The notes beneath the pieces are model-generated. The model did no database searches and was not told the DNA's origin. It worked only from the letters and a program-made list of their open reading frames with translations. From the sequence record MH051913: a DNA stretch of 64,000 bases. One strand, 5' to 3'. Within the stretch, counting starts at the first letter, position 1; each line of letters opens with the position of its first letter. A program made the position numbers and the translations under genes. This document shows, one piece after another, positions 45,579-53,878 of this stretch. Source of the stretch: Enterobacteria phage vB_EcoM_IME281.

Positions 45579-47002
45579 AAACTATTTTGGCTCAACTGCT
45601 AGGCAATAGTGATTATTTCACTAAGGTCTGGCCTTATATGAATGATTCTTATTTTGACCAGGGTCCGGCAAAGACCCTTTTCAAAGAAATCAAAAAACAT
45701 GTCAATGAATATAATGCGGTGCCTTCTAAAAATGCTTTGAGTATTGCATTAGATAACAGCACCCTTTCAGAAGTTGAACATCAAGGAGCTAAAGAGCTTT
45801 TAAATTCTCTGAATGCAGGCCCTGAAGACCAAGAATGGTTGGTTAAAGAGACAGAGAAATATGTTCAGAAGGCAGCGATGTATAATGCCACTTCAAAAAT
45901 TATTGAAATTCAAACTAATGCAGACCTTCCGGTTGAGCAACAAAATAGAAAACTCCCAGGTATTGGTGCTATTCCAGATATCATGCGTGATGCATTATCG
46001 ATTTGTTTCGATTCTGAATTAGGCCACGACTGGATGGATGACTATGAAGAACGTTTTAAAAGTTATTCTGATAAAGCCTGTAAGGTTCCATTCCGTCTTA
46101 ATATTCTGAACAAGATTACTAAGGGTGGCGCTGAGTTTGGTACTGAAAACGTATTGTTGGCAGGAACAAACGTAGGTAAGTCTCTTGGACTGTGTTCATT
46201 GGCTGCTGATTACCTTCAATCAGGTTATGATGTTCTTTATATCTCCATGGAGATGGCAGAGGAAGTATGTGCTAAGCGTATCGATGCTAACCTTCTGGAT
46301 GTATCACTGGATGATATCGATGATGGTCACGTCTCATGGCCTGAATATAAAGCTAAGATGGATAAGTGGCGTTCAACTGCTACTTTAGGTCGTTTAAAGA
46401 TTAAACAGTACCCTACTGGTGGTGCTAATGCCGATACATTCCGTGCATTATTAAACGAATACAAGCTCAAACAAAACTTTGTCCCACAGGTCGTTATCGT
46501 CGACTACCTGGCCATCTGTGCATCTTCTCGTACGAAAGTTTTCTCTGAAAACAGTTACGGATTGATTAAGATGGTTGCTGAAGAACTACGTGGGCTTGCA
46601 GTAGAGAAGAAATTATTGCTGTGGACGGCAGCCCAGACTACTCGTGGTGCGAACGTTGCAGCCGAAATCGATATGGCCGATATTGCTGAATCTTTTGGTA
46701 TTGCACATACTGCAGACTTCATGTTAGGTGTGGTCGAGACAGAAGAGTTTGCTCAGATGGGTATGCAAATGGTTAAGCAGCTTAAATCTCGTTATGGTGA
46801 TAAGAGCTACTACAACAAATTTAAGATTGGTGTTAAGAAAGGAAACCAGCGTTGGTATGAAGTTGAAGACGATTCCAACCCAGGCCCTGTGAACACCGTT
46901 CGTGAGGCTACAGGTGAAATGAATCGCCAAGCTGAAGTCAATCGCCAGACACGTGTTAATAGAAGTGATTTAGACGATTTAGCAGCATCTATCAAATTTT
47001 AA
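45563..47002 (+). CDS. 41: replicative DNA helicase gp41 (DnaB-like)
   Basis: Walker A GTNVGKS, LYISMEMAEEVCAKRIDANLLDV; collinear with T4 gp41. Confidence 0.95.
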   Translation: MVEVVETILAQLLGNSDYFTKVWPYMNDSYFDQGPAKTLFKEIKKHVNEYNAVPSKNALSIALDNSTLSEVEHQGAKELLNSLNAGPEDQEWLVKETEKYVQKAAMYNATSKIIEIQTNADLPVEQQNRKLPGIGAIPDIMRDALSICFDSELGHDWMDDYEERFKSYSDKACKVPFRLNILNKITKGGAEFGTENVLLAGTNVGKSLGLCSLAADYLQSGYDVLYISMEMAEEVCAKRIDANLLDVSLDDIDDGHVSWPEYKAKMDKWRSTATLGRLKIKQYPTGGANADTFRALLNEYKLKQNFVPQVVIVDYLAICASSRTKVFSENSYGLIKMVAEELRGLAVEKKLLLWTAAQTTRGANVAAEIDMADIAESFGIAHTADFMLGVVETEEFAQMGMQMVKQLKSRYGDKSYYNKFKIGVKKGNQRWYEVEDDSNPGPVNTVREATGEMNRQAEVNRQTRVNRSDLDDLAASIKF

Positions 47003-47025
47003 GGAGCTTCGGCTCCTTTTTGTTT
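47002..47025 (+). terminator. intrinsic terminator after gene 41
   Basis: AGGAGC-UUCG-GCTCCT then TTTTTGTTTT. Confidence 0.75.
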
Positions 47026-47030
47026 TAAGG

Positions 47031-47079
47031 GTTTACATCTCCTATAGGCATGATACTATAGACCTATCAACTTGGAGAA
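47031..47079 (+). promoter_or_regulatory. early promoter cassette (PeSL-like)
   Basis: GTTTAC-N17-TACTAT-AGACCTATCAA. Confidence 0.7.
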
Positions 47080-47083
47080 CAAA

Positions 47084-47401
47084 ATGAAAACTATCGATTG
47101 TAAAGCAGAACATAAAGTGTATTACCACGGAAGTTGTAGTGATGCTAATATTGGTAATATGCTTTGTCCTCCTGAGGAAACAGGAGTTCTGTCTGAAACT
47201 GGTCGTAAGAAAAACCTGAATCGTGTATTCTTTACTGAGGATATTGGTTTGGCTAAGATTTATGCTGGACGAGCTGCTCGTTCAGTGGGAGGAGAACCTC
47301 GTCTTTATCGTGTAATTGCTCCGGTAGATGTGGTTTGTTTAAATGATACTAAAGGCGCTACGGTATATCATGCCGAATGGGCCTTCTGTGAGGAAATCTA
47401 A
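47084..47401 (+). CDS. hypothetical protein with H-G-S motif (possible minimal ART-like fold)
   Basis: ATG at 47084 downstream of early promoter cassette (track start 47072 is TTG); YYHGS...FFTED...AEWAFCEE. Confidence 0.5.
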   Translation: MKTIDCKAEHKVYYHGSCSDANIGNMLCPPEETGVLSETGRKKNLNRVFFTEDIGLAKIYAGRAARSVGGEPRLYRVIAPVDVVCLNDTKGATVYHAEWAFCEEI

Positions 47402-47605
47402 ATGTTTAAATTAGAGATCGTAGTGTTTATTGGTTGGTTTGAAAATGGTAATATGTTTACCAAAGAAACTGCGCTGGATGTTAGTGACCAAAAAATGATT
47501 GAATGGGTTACAGTGCAGTATGCAGAAGTGAATAATGCACTGGTGAAAGCCTTTGTTAATGACAATAAAGTTTTTGAATATGATGCCCGCATTGAGGAAA
47601 TCTAA
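47402..47605 (+). CDS. hypothetical protein
   Basis: 67-aa ORF; preceded by GAGGAAATCTAAATG junction repeat. Confidence 0.45.
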   Translation: MFKLEIVVFIGWFENGNMFTKETALDVSDQKMIEWVTVQYAEVNNALVKAFVNDNKVFEYDARIEEI

Positions 47606-47746
47606 ATGGAAGAAGTAGAATGTGTAGTGTGCGGCTGTTCAGTTTGTGAAGACGAAGCCGTTTTTGACGCGTATGATAATGCGACTTGTTTAGACTGTGA
47701 CAGTGAATTCGAAGAAATTGCTCATAAACATGAAGACGAGGAATAA
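47606..47746 (+). CDS. hypothetical small Cys-rich acidic protein
   Basis: 46-codon ORF CVVCGCSVCED...CLDCD; same junction repeat upstream. Confidence 0.4.
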   Translation: MEEVECVVCGCSVCEDEAVFDAYDNATCLDCDSEFEEIAHKHEDEE

Positions 47747-48043
47747 ATGAATATTCAAATTATGAAGCCTGTTAAAAGTGGCTTTTGGGACCGGTCTTTC
47801 GGTAAGCATAAGATTTATGCAGATCGTATTAACAGTCGCTGGGAACTTGTCCTTTCTCAGGAAACTAAAGGCGAAATGGATTTTGTAGAGTTCTACGAAT
47901 TCGATGTTCGTCCTACTAAGCGCCAGATTCGTCAGTGCAAAAAAGCTTTTCGTGCTTATGTTGGTGGTGAGGTTCTCCGTCGTCAACGTCGTCTGATAAT
48001 GGAATCACAGTTAGTAACTTTAGATTACGCTAAAGTAAAATAA
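47747..48043 (+). CDS. hypothetical basic protein (RPTKRQ-motif paralog A)
   Basis: 98 aa; shares VRPTKRQIRQCKKAFRAY with ORF 48832. Confidence 0.5.
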   Translation: MNIQIMKPVKSGFWDRSFGKHKIYADRINSRWELVLSQETKGEMDFVEFYEFDVRPTKRQIRQCKKAFRAYVGGEVLRRQRRLIMESQLVTLDYAKVK

Positions 48044-48045
48044 GT

Positions 48046-48098
48046 GTTTACAACGGTCTATGGTAGTGATACTATAGACCTATCAACTAATGAGGAGT
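48046..48098 (+). promoter_or_regulatory. early promoter cassette (PeSL-like)
   Basis: GTTTAC-N18-TACTAT-AGACCTATCAACTAATGAGGAG. Confidence 0.7.
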
Positions 48099-48103
48099 TA
48101 AAA

Positions 48104-48397
48104 ATGAAAAAGTTATTAATCGCAGCAATCCTTACAGTAGCATCATGTGGCACAGCTCCAGTTACAGCTGGGTTGGATAAAGACCTTTGTGAATGGTCTA
48201 TGACTGCAGACCAAGAATCAGTTGAACATCAGATTTATGCTGATATCATGAACATCACTAAACGTGACCGTCCTGATATGGTTAAAGAAGTATCCGACCA
48301 ATTGGCTTCTAGCGGTGTTATGCAGTATAACTATGTTCTGTACTGTGATGCTAATTTCGATAACAAAAATATCGTTAAAGAGGTGACAGGTGAATAA
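48104..48397 (+). CDS. secreted/lipoprotein, spackle-like by size and position
   Basis: Signal peptide with lipobox-like VASC; 97 aa; lies in the 41-61 interval where T4 sp is. Confidence 0.5.
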   Translation: MKKLLIAAILTVASCGTAPVTAGLDKDLCEWSMTADQESVEHQIYADIMNITKRDRPDMVKEVSDQLASSGVMQYNYVLYCDANFDNKNIVKEVTGE

Positions 48398-48830
48398 GAT
48401 TAACAGAAATTTGGTTATCAAAAAACTTCGTTGTAAAAATCCAAATGCCCAGGCATACAGAATGTATTGGAGCGACGACCATCAATACCTGGGTTATTTT
48501 ATTGTTGATAGCGATGATAGGATTGTATTTGCCCATAAACTTCTTAATAGAGAATTAAACCACTGGCAAGAACTTATTGCTGTTAAGTCTAAATTATTTT
48601 CGCGCAATACAATACACCAATTGGTTTATTTTTTCGCTGATGGTTTTCCTGACAAGGTTGAATTTGAAGGATTCGAATTTAAAGATATCCTCCCGGACAA
48701 TGAATTTAACGACTGCGTTAATATGGATATCCCTAGCAAGTATATCAAAAACAGTCTGTTGAAAATTCTGGAAGCTCCGGTTTATTCAATCGACGACCAG
48801 ATTTTTAATGCCTTTATGAATCGAGGTTGA
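48390..48830 (+). CDS. hypothetical protein
   Basis: 146-aa ORF. Confidence 0.5.
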   Translation: MNKINRNLVIKKLRCKNPNAQAYRMYWSDDHQYLGYFIVDSDDRIVFAHKLLNRELNHWQELIAVKSKLFSRNTIHQLVYFFADGFPDKVEFEGFEFKDILPDNEFNDCVNMDIPSKYIKNSLLKILEAPVYSIDDQIFNAFMNRG

Positions 48831-48831
48831 T

Positions 48832-49053
48832 ATGTTTGTTTTAACTCAATTCTCTAAAGCGGTATATGGTTACTCTTGTCAGTGGGAAGTCTTTATTGAT
48901 TCTCCTTCACCTAAGTATGGTGTTTTTGGACGAGTAACTACTCAAGCTTATGTTGCACGGCCAACTAAGCGCCAGCTTCGTAAACTTAAAAAGGCCCATC
49001 GTCAACTGATTAAAAGAAGGGAACAATATGAGTGCAATGTGTACGGGCTCTAA
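48832..49053 (+). CDS. hypothetical basic protein (RPTKRQ-motif paralog B)
   Basis: 73 aa; VARPTKRQLRKLKKAHRQ. Confidence 0.5.
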   Translation: MFVLTQFSKAVYGYSCQWEVFIDSPSPKYGVFGRVTTQAYVARPTKRQLRKLKKAHRQLIKRREQYECNVYGL

Positions 49054-49219
49054 GATTTCTGTATTCGAGTTGTTCGAAGAATATGAAATCGTATCAAAAG
49101 ACCAAGAAGCTATCCATGTTATTGCTGATGATGGTGTGACCTGGATTATCCCACTTTACCACGAAGATACGTACGAAGTCACTGACGCCAACGGTGACAA
49201 AGCTATTTTCGTAATATAA
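49028..49219 (+). CDS. hypothetical acidic protein
   Basis: 63-aa ORF. Confidence 0.45.
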   Translation: MSAMCTGSKISVFELFEEYEIVSKDQEAIHVIADDGVTWIIPLYHEDTYEVTDANGDKAIFVI

Positions 49220-49222
49220 ATA
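49215..49222 (+). promoter_or_regulatory. late promoter
   Basis: Exact TATAAATA upstream of small ORF 49236. Confidence 0.5.
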
Positions 49223-49235
49223 AGGCCAGGAGCCT

Positions 49236-49397
49236 ATGAAATCTTTTAAAGAAGTTATGAACGAAGATATGGTCGCAGGCGATGCTGGTGGAAATCCATC
49301 TAATATTGCCTCCGGAACTACCTCAGGCGCAGTCGTCAACAAAGGGCCTGAACAAATCCCATCTAAAAAGCGTAAAGAAAAATCCGAAAACGAATGA
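49236..49397 (+). CDS. hypothetical small protein downstream of a late promoter
   Basis: 53-codon ORF with AGGAG SD, TATAAATA 14 nt upstream of SD. Confidence 0.4.
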   Translation: MKSFKEVMNEDMVAGDAGGNPSNIASGTTSGAVVNKGPEQIPSKKRKEKSENE

Positions 49398-49435
49398 TAT
49401 AATGGCTCTATTAATTTAGAGCCCAAGGAAAAATA

Positions 49436-50464
49436 ATGTCATATGTCGATAGAGAATTTGCTGTACGTGCCTTGAATTACCAACCTAAATTCAGACAAGT
49501 AACTGGTAGTGATTTTAAATTAAATTGTCGTTGTCGTGTATGCGGTGACTCCCAAAAGGATGAGAACAAAGCTCGTTTTTGGGCCTATCCGGCCAATGAC
49601 GGTTCCATTATGTTGCATTGTTTTAACTGCGACTATTCAGCAGGAATTAAGAAGTACCTATATGAATATGAGCCTGATTTATATCGCGAATATATTCTTG
49701 AGAAACATAAAGAGCAATCGTTCGGGAGACAAGCTGCACCTAAGGTGGAGATATCTGAAAAAATTAAAGCTAAGATGCCTGTCATCGAAAAGCTTAATTT
49801 CTGCGAACGATTAGATAGAATGCCGAAGGACCATCCTATTATCAAATATGTGACGCTGCGTTGCATTCCTGAAAATAAATGGAATCGACTATGGTTTACT
49901 AAAGAATGGCCTGCATTGGTTAACTCAGTTAATCCAGGGACCTATTCTAAAGAAATGCCTGAGCCTCGTTTGGTTATTCCTATTTTCAATAAGGATAAAC
50001 AAATAGAAAGTTTCCAGGGTCGAGCTTTACGTAAAGATGCTCCACAAAAATATATTACAATAAAAGCTCATGACCAAGCTACAAAAATATATGGAATGGA
50101 TACGGTTGATGAACGTCAATTGGTATGGGTTATGGAAGGACCGATTGATTCTTTATTTGTCCCTAATGCCATAGCAATTACTGGCGGGTCTTTGGACTTG
50201 GCTATGGTTCCATGTAAAGAAACTCGTGCTTGGGTAATGGACAATGAACCCCGTCATCCTGACACAATTAAGCGTATGCAACGATTAGTTGATGCCGGCG
50301 AAAGGGTCCTATTCTGGGACAAGGCTCCATGGCCTTCTAAAGATATAAATGATATGGTTATGAAAGATAAAGCTGATATAAATGATATATTGGCGTATAT
50401 GAAAGCTAATATAGCCCAAGGTCTAATGGCAAAAATGAGGCTTTCAAAATATTCTAAAATTTAG
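49436..50464 (+). CDS. 61: DNA primase gp61
   Basis: Zn-finger CRCRVCGDSQKDENKARFW...CFNCDY; 342 aa as T4 gp61. Confidence 0.93.
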   Translation: MSYVDREFAVRALNYQPKFRQVTGSDFKLNCRCRVCGDSQKDENKARFWAYPANDGSIMLHCFNCDYSAGIKKYLYEYEPDLYREYILEKHKEQSFGRQAAPKVEISEKIKAKMPVIEKLNFCERLDRMPKDHPIIKYVTLRCIPENKWNRLWFTKEWPALVNSVNPGTYSKEMPEPRLVIPIFNKDKQIESFQGRALRKDAPQKYITIKAHDQATKIYGMDTVDERQLVWVMEGPIDSLFVPNAIAITGGSLDLAMVPCKETRAWVMDNEPRHPDTIKRMQRLVDAGERVLFWDKAPWPSKDINDMVMKDKADINDILAYMKANIAQGLMAKMRLSKYSKI

Positions 50465-50661
50465 ACAGGAACTCCGCTAAAGAATCCAATTATGCTTAAT
50501 ACGTGTTCCATTGTAACCGCTGGTAAAATTACCCCTTGGCTAGCGGCTACAGGAACTACTAAAAGATTCCAAAGGAATACGTCTAGCGCAAGAAAACCTA
50601 ACATCATTTTCTTGTCTTTCTTTTCAGCCAATTTCCAGATTTGGTAAAAAATACTACCCAT
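50461..50661 (-). CDS. hypothetical small membrane protein (minus strand)
   Basis: 66-aa ORF, strong AGGAGG SD 6 nt upstream on minus strand, lies in otherwise noncoding gap. Confidence 0.5.
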   Translation of the reverse strand: MGSIFYQIWKLAEKKDKKMMLGFLALDVFLWNLLVVPVAASQGVILPAVTMEHVLSIIGFFSGVPV

Positions 50662-50755
50662 GTTATCCTCCTGTTAAATTAATATTTATTCGCTTTAATC
50701 TAGCAGTTTATAATTATCTAACTTACTAACAAATGAATTGATAAGGAAAAATATA

Positions 50756-51277
50756 ATGGCTCATTTTAATGAATGTTCTCAACTGATTGCCGGTGCCGAT
50801 AAAGCTGAAGAAGCTTATTTTAATGCTCTGATTCACGAAGATAAAGACCCTCTGCAGGTTATGCTTGATATGCAGAAATCTTTGCAGGTTCGTTTAGCTA
50901 AAGATAAGCCTGAATATAATCGTCATCCTGATGATTTGGCCACTGCGGGTGAAGTTGTCGATTGGCTTCGCAACCAGAAAGATTATATTGATGACGAATT
51001 CCGTGAACTTATGACTTCTCTTGGTGGTATGAGCAATGGTGAAAAAGATGCATCTGCAGTATGGAAGCCTTGGAAAGCTCAACATGCTGAACGTCGTGAA
51101 ACCCTGATTAACGATTTGTCTCCTGAAGACCAGCTCGAAATTAAATTCGAAATGATTGATATTCTGCACTTTGTTCTGAATATGTTCCAGGGTCTTGGAC
51201 TGACCGCTGAAGAAATCTTTAAACTGTATTACCTGAAAAATGCCGAGAACTTTGCTCGTCAAGACCGAGGTTATTAA
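50756..51277 (+). CDS. 56: dCTP pyrophosphatase gp56
   Basis: 173 aa collinear with T4 gp56 (MAHFNEC...DPLQVMLDMQ...EIFKLYYLKN.ENFARQDRGY). Confidence 0.93.
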   Translation: MAHFNECSQLIAGADKAEEAYFNALIHEDKDPLQVMLDMQKSLQVRLAKDKPEYNRHPDDLATAGEVVDWLRNQKDYIDDEFRELMTSLGGMSNGEKDASAVWKPWKAQHAERRETLINDLSPEDQLEIKFEMIDILHFVLNMFQGLGLTAEEIFKLYYLKNAENFARQDRGY

Positions 51278-51279
51278 GT

Positions 51280-51287
51280 TATAAATA
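51280..51287 (+). promoter_or_regulatory. late promoter for soc
   Basis: Exact TATAAATA ~30 nt upstream of soc ATG. Confidence 0.7.
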
Positions 51288-51318
51288 CACCTGTAATTAA
51301 ACAACAAAGGAGTTAATT

Positions 51319-51552
51319 ATGGGTGGTTTCGTTAATATCAAAACCTTTACACATCCAGCTGGTGAAGGTAAAGAAGTTAAAGGTGTTGAAGTATCTGTCC
51401 CGTTTGAAATCTATTCAAACGAGCATCGTATTGCGAATGCACACTATCAGACATTTCCTTCTGAAAAGGCGGCATACACTACTGTAGTAACTGATGCAGC
51501 CGATTGGCGAACTAAGAACGCGGCGATGTTTACGCCTACCCCAGTAGTTTAA
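51319..51552 (+). CDS. soc: small outer capsid protein Soc
   Basis: 77 aa; GFVNIKTF...AHYQTFPSEKAAY as in T4 Soc; TATAAATA late promoter upstream, terminator downstream. Confidence 0.9.
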   Translation: MGGFVNIKTFTHPAGEGKEVKGVEVSVPFEIYSNEHRIANAHYQTFPSEKAAYTTVVTDAADWRTKNAAMFTPTPVV

Positions 51553-51557
51553 TTATA

Positions 51558-51581
51558 AGGAACCTTCGGGTTCCTTTTTTG
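51558..51581 (+). terminator. intrinsic terminator after soc
   Basis: AGGAACC-UUCG-GGTTCCT then TTTTTT (same hairpin sequence as at 15833). Confidence 0.75.
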
Positions 51582-51590
51582 GTTTTAAGG

Positions 51591-51620
51591 GTTTACTTTC
51601 TAAGAAGGTTATGTTAAGAT
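51591..51620 (+). promoter_or_regulatory. possible early promoter
   Basis: GTTTAC-N18-TAAGAT with TG. Confidence 0.45.
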
Positions 51621-51648
51621 GGTCTCTTATCTTATAGAGGAGAATGCT

Positions 51649-51858
51649 ATGTTAAATCGTTGGATTAAACCAAATAAAACTTTAGATGAAATTATCGCTA
51701 ATCATGTATTGAAAAAGTACTTCTATACGCCTTGGTATACCGAAGTTATTGTCCATTCATTTATGATGCATGAAGACGGTTCTATCGAATTTAATGCCGA
51801 AATCCGTCACGAGACTGATGATATTGATAAAGTTGAATTTAAACGAGGTTTCCTATGA
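51649..51858 (+). CDS. hypothetical protein
   Basis: ORF from MLNRWIK after AGAGGAGAA SD and early promoter. Confidence 0.5.
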   Translation: MLNRWIKPNKTLDEIIANHVLKKYFYTPWYTEVIVHSFMMHEDGSIEFNAEIRHETDDIDKVEFKRGFL

Positions 51859-52172
51859 TTCGTTGGCTTAAGAATTTTTTCAAGACCAAACCTGGTGAAG
51901 GGGTGGTTCCTATCTCAGGTCTGAAGGAATATGTTTATGTGGGCGATGGTATGATGGAAGAAGTTATACGGCAACCTGAAAAAGCAGGTAATGTGGGCCT
52001 GGGTGCCCTTCCTTTGAATTCTAAAAAGTTTAAAGAACATTTAGAAGCTCGTCGCACAAGCCATATTGATAGTACTCCTATTATGGTTGCGGCTGCTGTT
52101 AGTTCATGGACCGGCGATTCGTCTTATTCTGACTCAGGAAGCTGCGGCTCATCGTCCGGCTCGTGTGATTGA
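51855..52172 (+). CDS. hypothetical protein
   Basis: 105-aa ORF. Confidence 0.5.
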   Translation: MIRWLKNFFKTKPGEGVVPISGLKEYVYVGDGMMEEVIRQPEKAGNVGLGALPLNSKKFKEHLEARRTSHIDSTPIMVAAAVSSWTGDSSYSDSGSCGSSSGSCD

Positions 52173-52372
52173 TGAAACCTTTATCATGGCTTAAAGATTG
52201 GCTAGACCGTCCTGGTGATTATCTTGATGACGGGTGGTTGGACCAAGCTAATGCAGAAATGAAACGCGAGTCCGAAGAATGGATTCTTAAAGGTATCCGT
52301 GAAGAACGCGAAAAGAAATTAGAACGCGAAGCTCTTAGAATTATGCGTGACATCTATGGGGATAAATCATGA
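52169..52372 (+). CDS. hypothetical protein
   Basis: 67-aa ORF. Confidence 0.45.
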   Translation: MMKPLSWLKDWLDRPGDYLDDGWLDQANAEMKRESEEWILKGIREEREKKLEREALRIMRDIYGDKS

Positions 52373-52536
52373 CTACTGAAGAGGCCGAAAAACAAGCTAA
52401 AGAGGCACTGGATTTGCTTCTTAAAATTGGTAGTAAAATGATGGAAGAAAACGAGAAATACATCCAAGAAAATAAAATTCCGGATGGTCCTTTAGTAGGT
52501 AAACTAAAAAGAGGAAAATATAATGAAAGTCTATGA
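52369..52536 (+). CDS. hypothetical protein
   Basis: 55-codon ORF not in track, coupled. Confidence 0.4.
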   Translation: MTTEEAEKQAKEALDLLLKIGSKMMEENEKYIQENKIPDGPLVGKLKRGKYNESL

Positions 52537-53011
52537 ACTCGAATTCCATGTACGTGATTCTGCCGGACAAACGCGTCCTTATGATGCTACGGTGTGTCTT
52601 ATCTTTGTCGACAATGGTATGAATTCTATAACCCAGTTAGAAACACGATTAAAAGATATTAAGCTGCCAGAAAATATTATGATGAAGGCGTATCATAATA
52701 AAAATGTTGATGTTGCTGAAGGTTGTCCTTTTAGCCTGGCTGAAGCATTACATATCAAGGGTTATCGCCATCCGGACCCGGATGGCGAAGGAACAATGGA
52801 CATTTTCTATAAAGATACCGATAGAATGTCCAACGAACGTCTTAAAGGTCGTACTTATCTTATTTCCGCTACCGAAGACCTTATTGAAGTTGAACGTCAG
52901 ATTTGGAAGCACTTTGATATTGGATTGCGCTTTACCATGACTGAAGACGCTATTCGTGATGCTAAGGTACGAGCTCGTATGTACGAGTACGGTCCTATCG
53001 GTGGTTACTAA
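52523..53011 (+). CDS. hypothetical protein
   Basis: 162-aa ORF. Confidence 0.55.
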   Translation: MKVYELEFHVRDSAGQTRPYDATVCLIFVDNGMNSITQLETRLKDIKLPENIMMKAYHNKNVDVAEGCPFSLAEALHIKGYRHPDPDGEGTMDIFYKDTDRMSNERLKGRTYLISATEDLIEVERQIWKHFDIGLRFTMTEDAIRDAKVRARMYEYGPIGGY

Positions 53012-53199
53012 TGGACTTATTTGATATGTTTGTCATTCCGGACCCTGAGCCTGAAACAACTCAGGAGCCGCCTGTTGACCTTGTCAACGAACTTGATATG
53101 ATTATACGGAAGCATGGTTTTAAGTTGCCTAAAGAGGTCCTTAGTGACCTTGCTTCTTATTACTTAGACCCTCCACCCTGGGCTCCTTGGGTAAAATAA
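53011..53199 (+). CDS. hypothetical protein
   Basis: 62-aa ORF. Confidence 0.45.
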   Translation: MDLFDMFVIPDPEPETTQEPPVDLVNELDMIIRKHGFKLPKEVLSDLASYYLDPPPWAPWVK

Positions 53200-53201
53200 A
53201 G

Positions 53202-53253
53202 TTTTACACCTCCTCCCTTCATGTTATAATGACCTCTAAATCACTGGAGGTCA
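53202..53253 (+). promoter_or_regulatory. early promoter with SD-sequestering hairpin upstream of mod-like gene
   Basis: TTTTAC-N17-TATAAT; hairpin TGACCTC...GAGGTCA contains the SD. Confidence 0.6.
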
Positions 53254-53254
53254 T

Positions 53255-53824
53255 ATGAACATCGAACAAAAATGTCTTTATCAAGACCGAATCAATTCCA
53301 AATTTTCAAAATCTGAACAAGCCTTGTTAGAGAAATGTCTGGATGCCAAAAAGGACCCTAACTTCCATTACGACCTTGACAAACTGGTTCGTAAGCATGT
53401 TACTTCGGCCGTTCCCGTAGAGTTGTATCGTGGGATTACCACCAGAGAACTTGAGCAATTAGAGCTCCTTTCAGTAGGATGTCAATGGTCTCCTGGTCGA
53501 GTTACTTCTTTTAGTACACAATACTCTCAGGCTCGTCAGTTCGCAGGGTCATGGGAATATGGAACCAAAACCATTTTAAGTCTCAGGAATGCACCCTTCA
53601 TTTTTGACTACTACAATCATGCTATCGACCTTGTTCTTGCAGGGAATGTAGACGAACTCGAAATAGATGAAACCCGTATTGACCTCTATGATATGGTTGA
53701 AACTGAATGTGAGTTCATGGTCTCTAGTCTATCGCGATTTGAGATTGTGGAAATCGAAACTATCAAAAGAGACCCATATGACATCGAGTACAAAATAATT
53801 CATTTAAAAATGTTATATTTTTAG
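53255..53824 (+). CDS. ADP-ribosyltransferase, ModA/ModB-like
   Basis: R-S-E triad candidates LYRGIT, SFST, ECEFMV; position between soc and dda as T4 modA/modB. Confidence 0.7.
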   Translation: MNIEQKCLYQDRINSKFSKSEQALLEKCLDAKKDPNFHYDLDKLVRKHVTSAVPVELYRGITTRELEQLELLSVGCQWSPGRVTSFSTQYSQARQFAGSWEYGTKTILSLRNAPFIFDYYNHAIDLVLAGNVDELEIDETRIDLYDMVETECEFMVSSLSRFEIVEIETIKRDPYDIEYKIIHLKMLYF

Positions 53825-53875
53825 TTTACAGGCAAGGATGCTTATGTTACTATCTTTCTATCAACTGAGGAGAAT
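53824..53875 (+). promoter_or_regulatory. early promoter cassette (PeSL-like)
   Basis: GTTTAC-N18-TACTAT then TCTATCAACTGAGGAG. Confidence 0.65.
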
Positions 53876-53878
53876 AAT

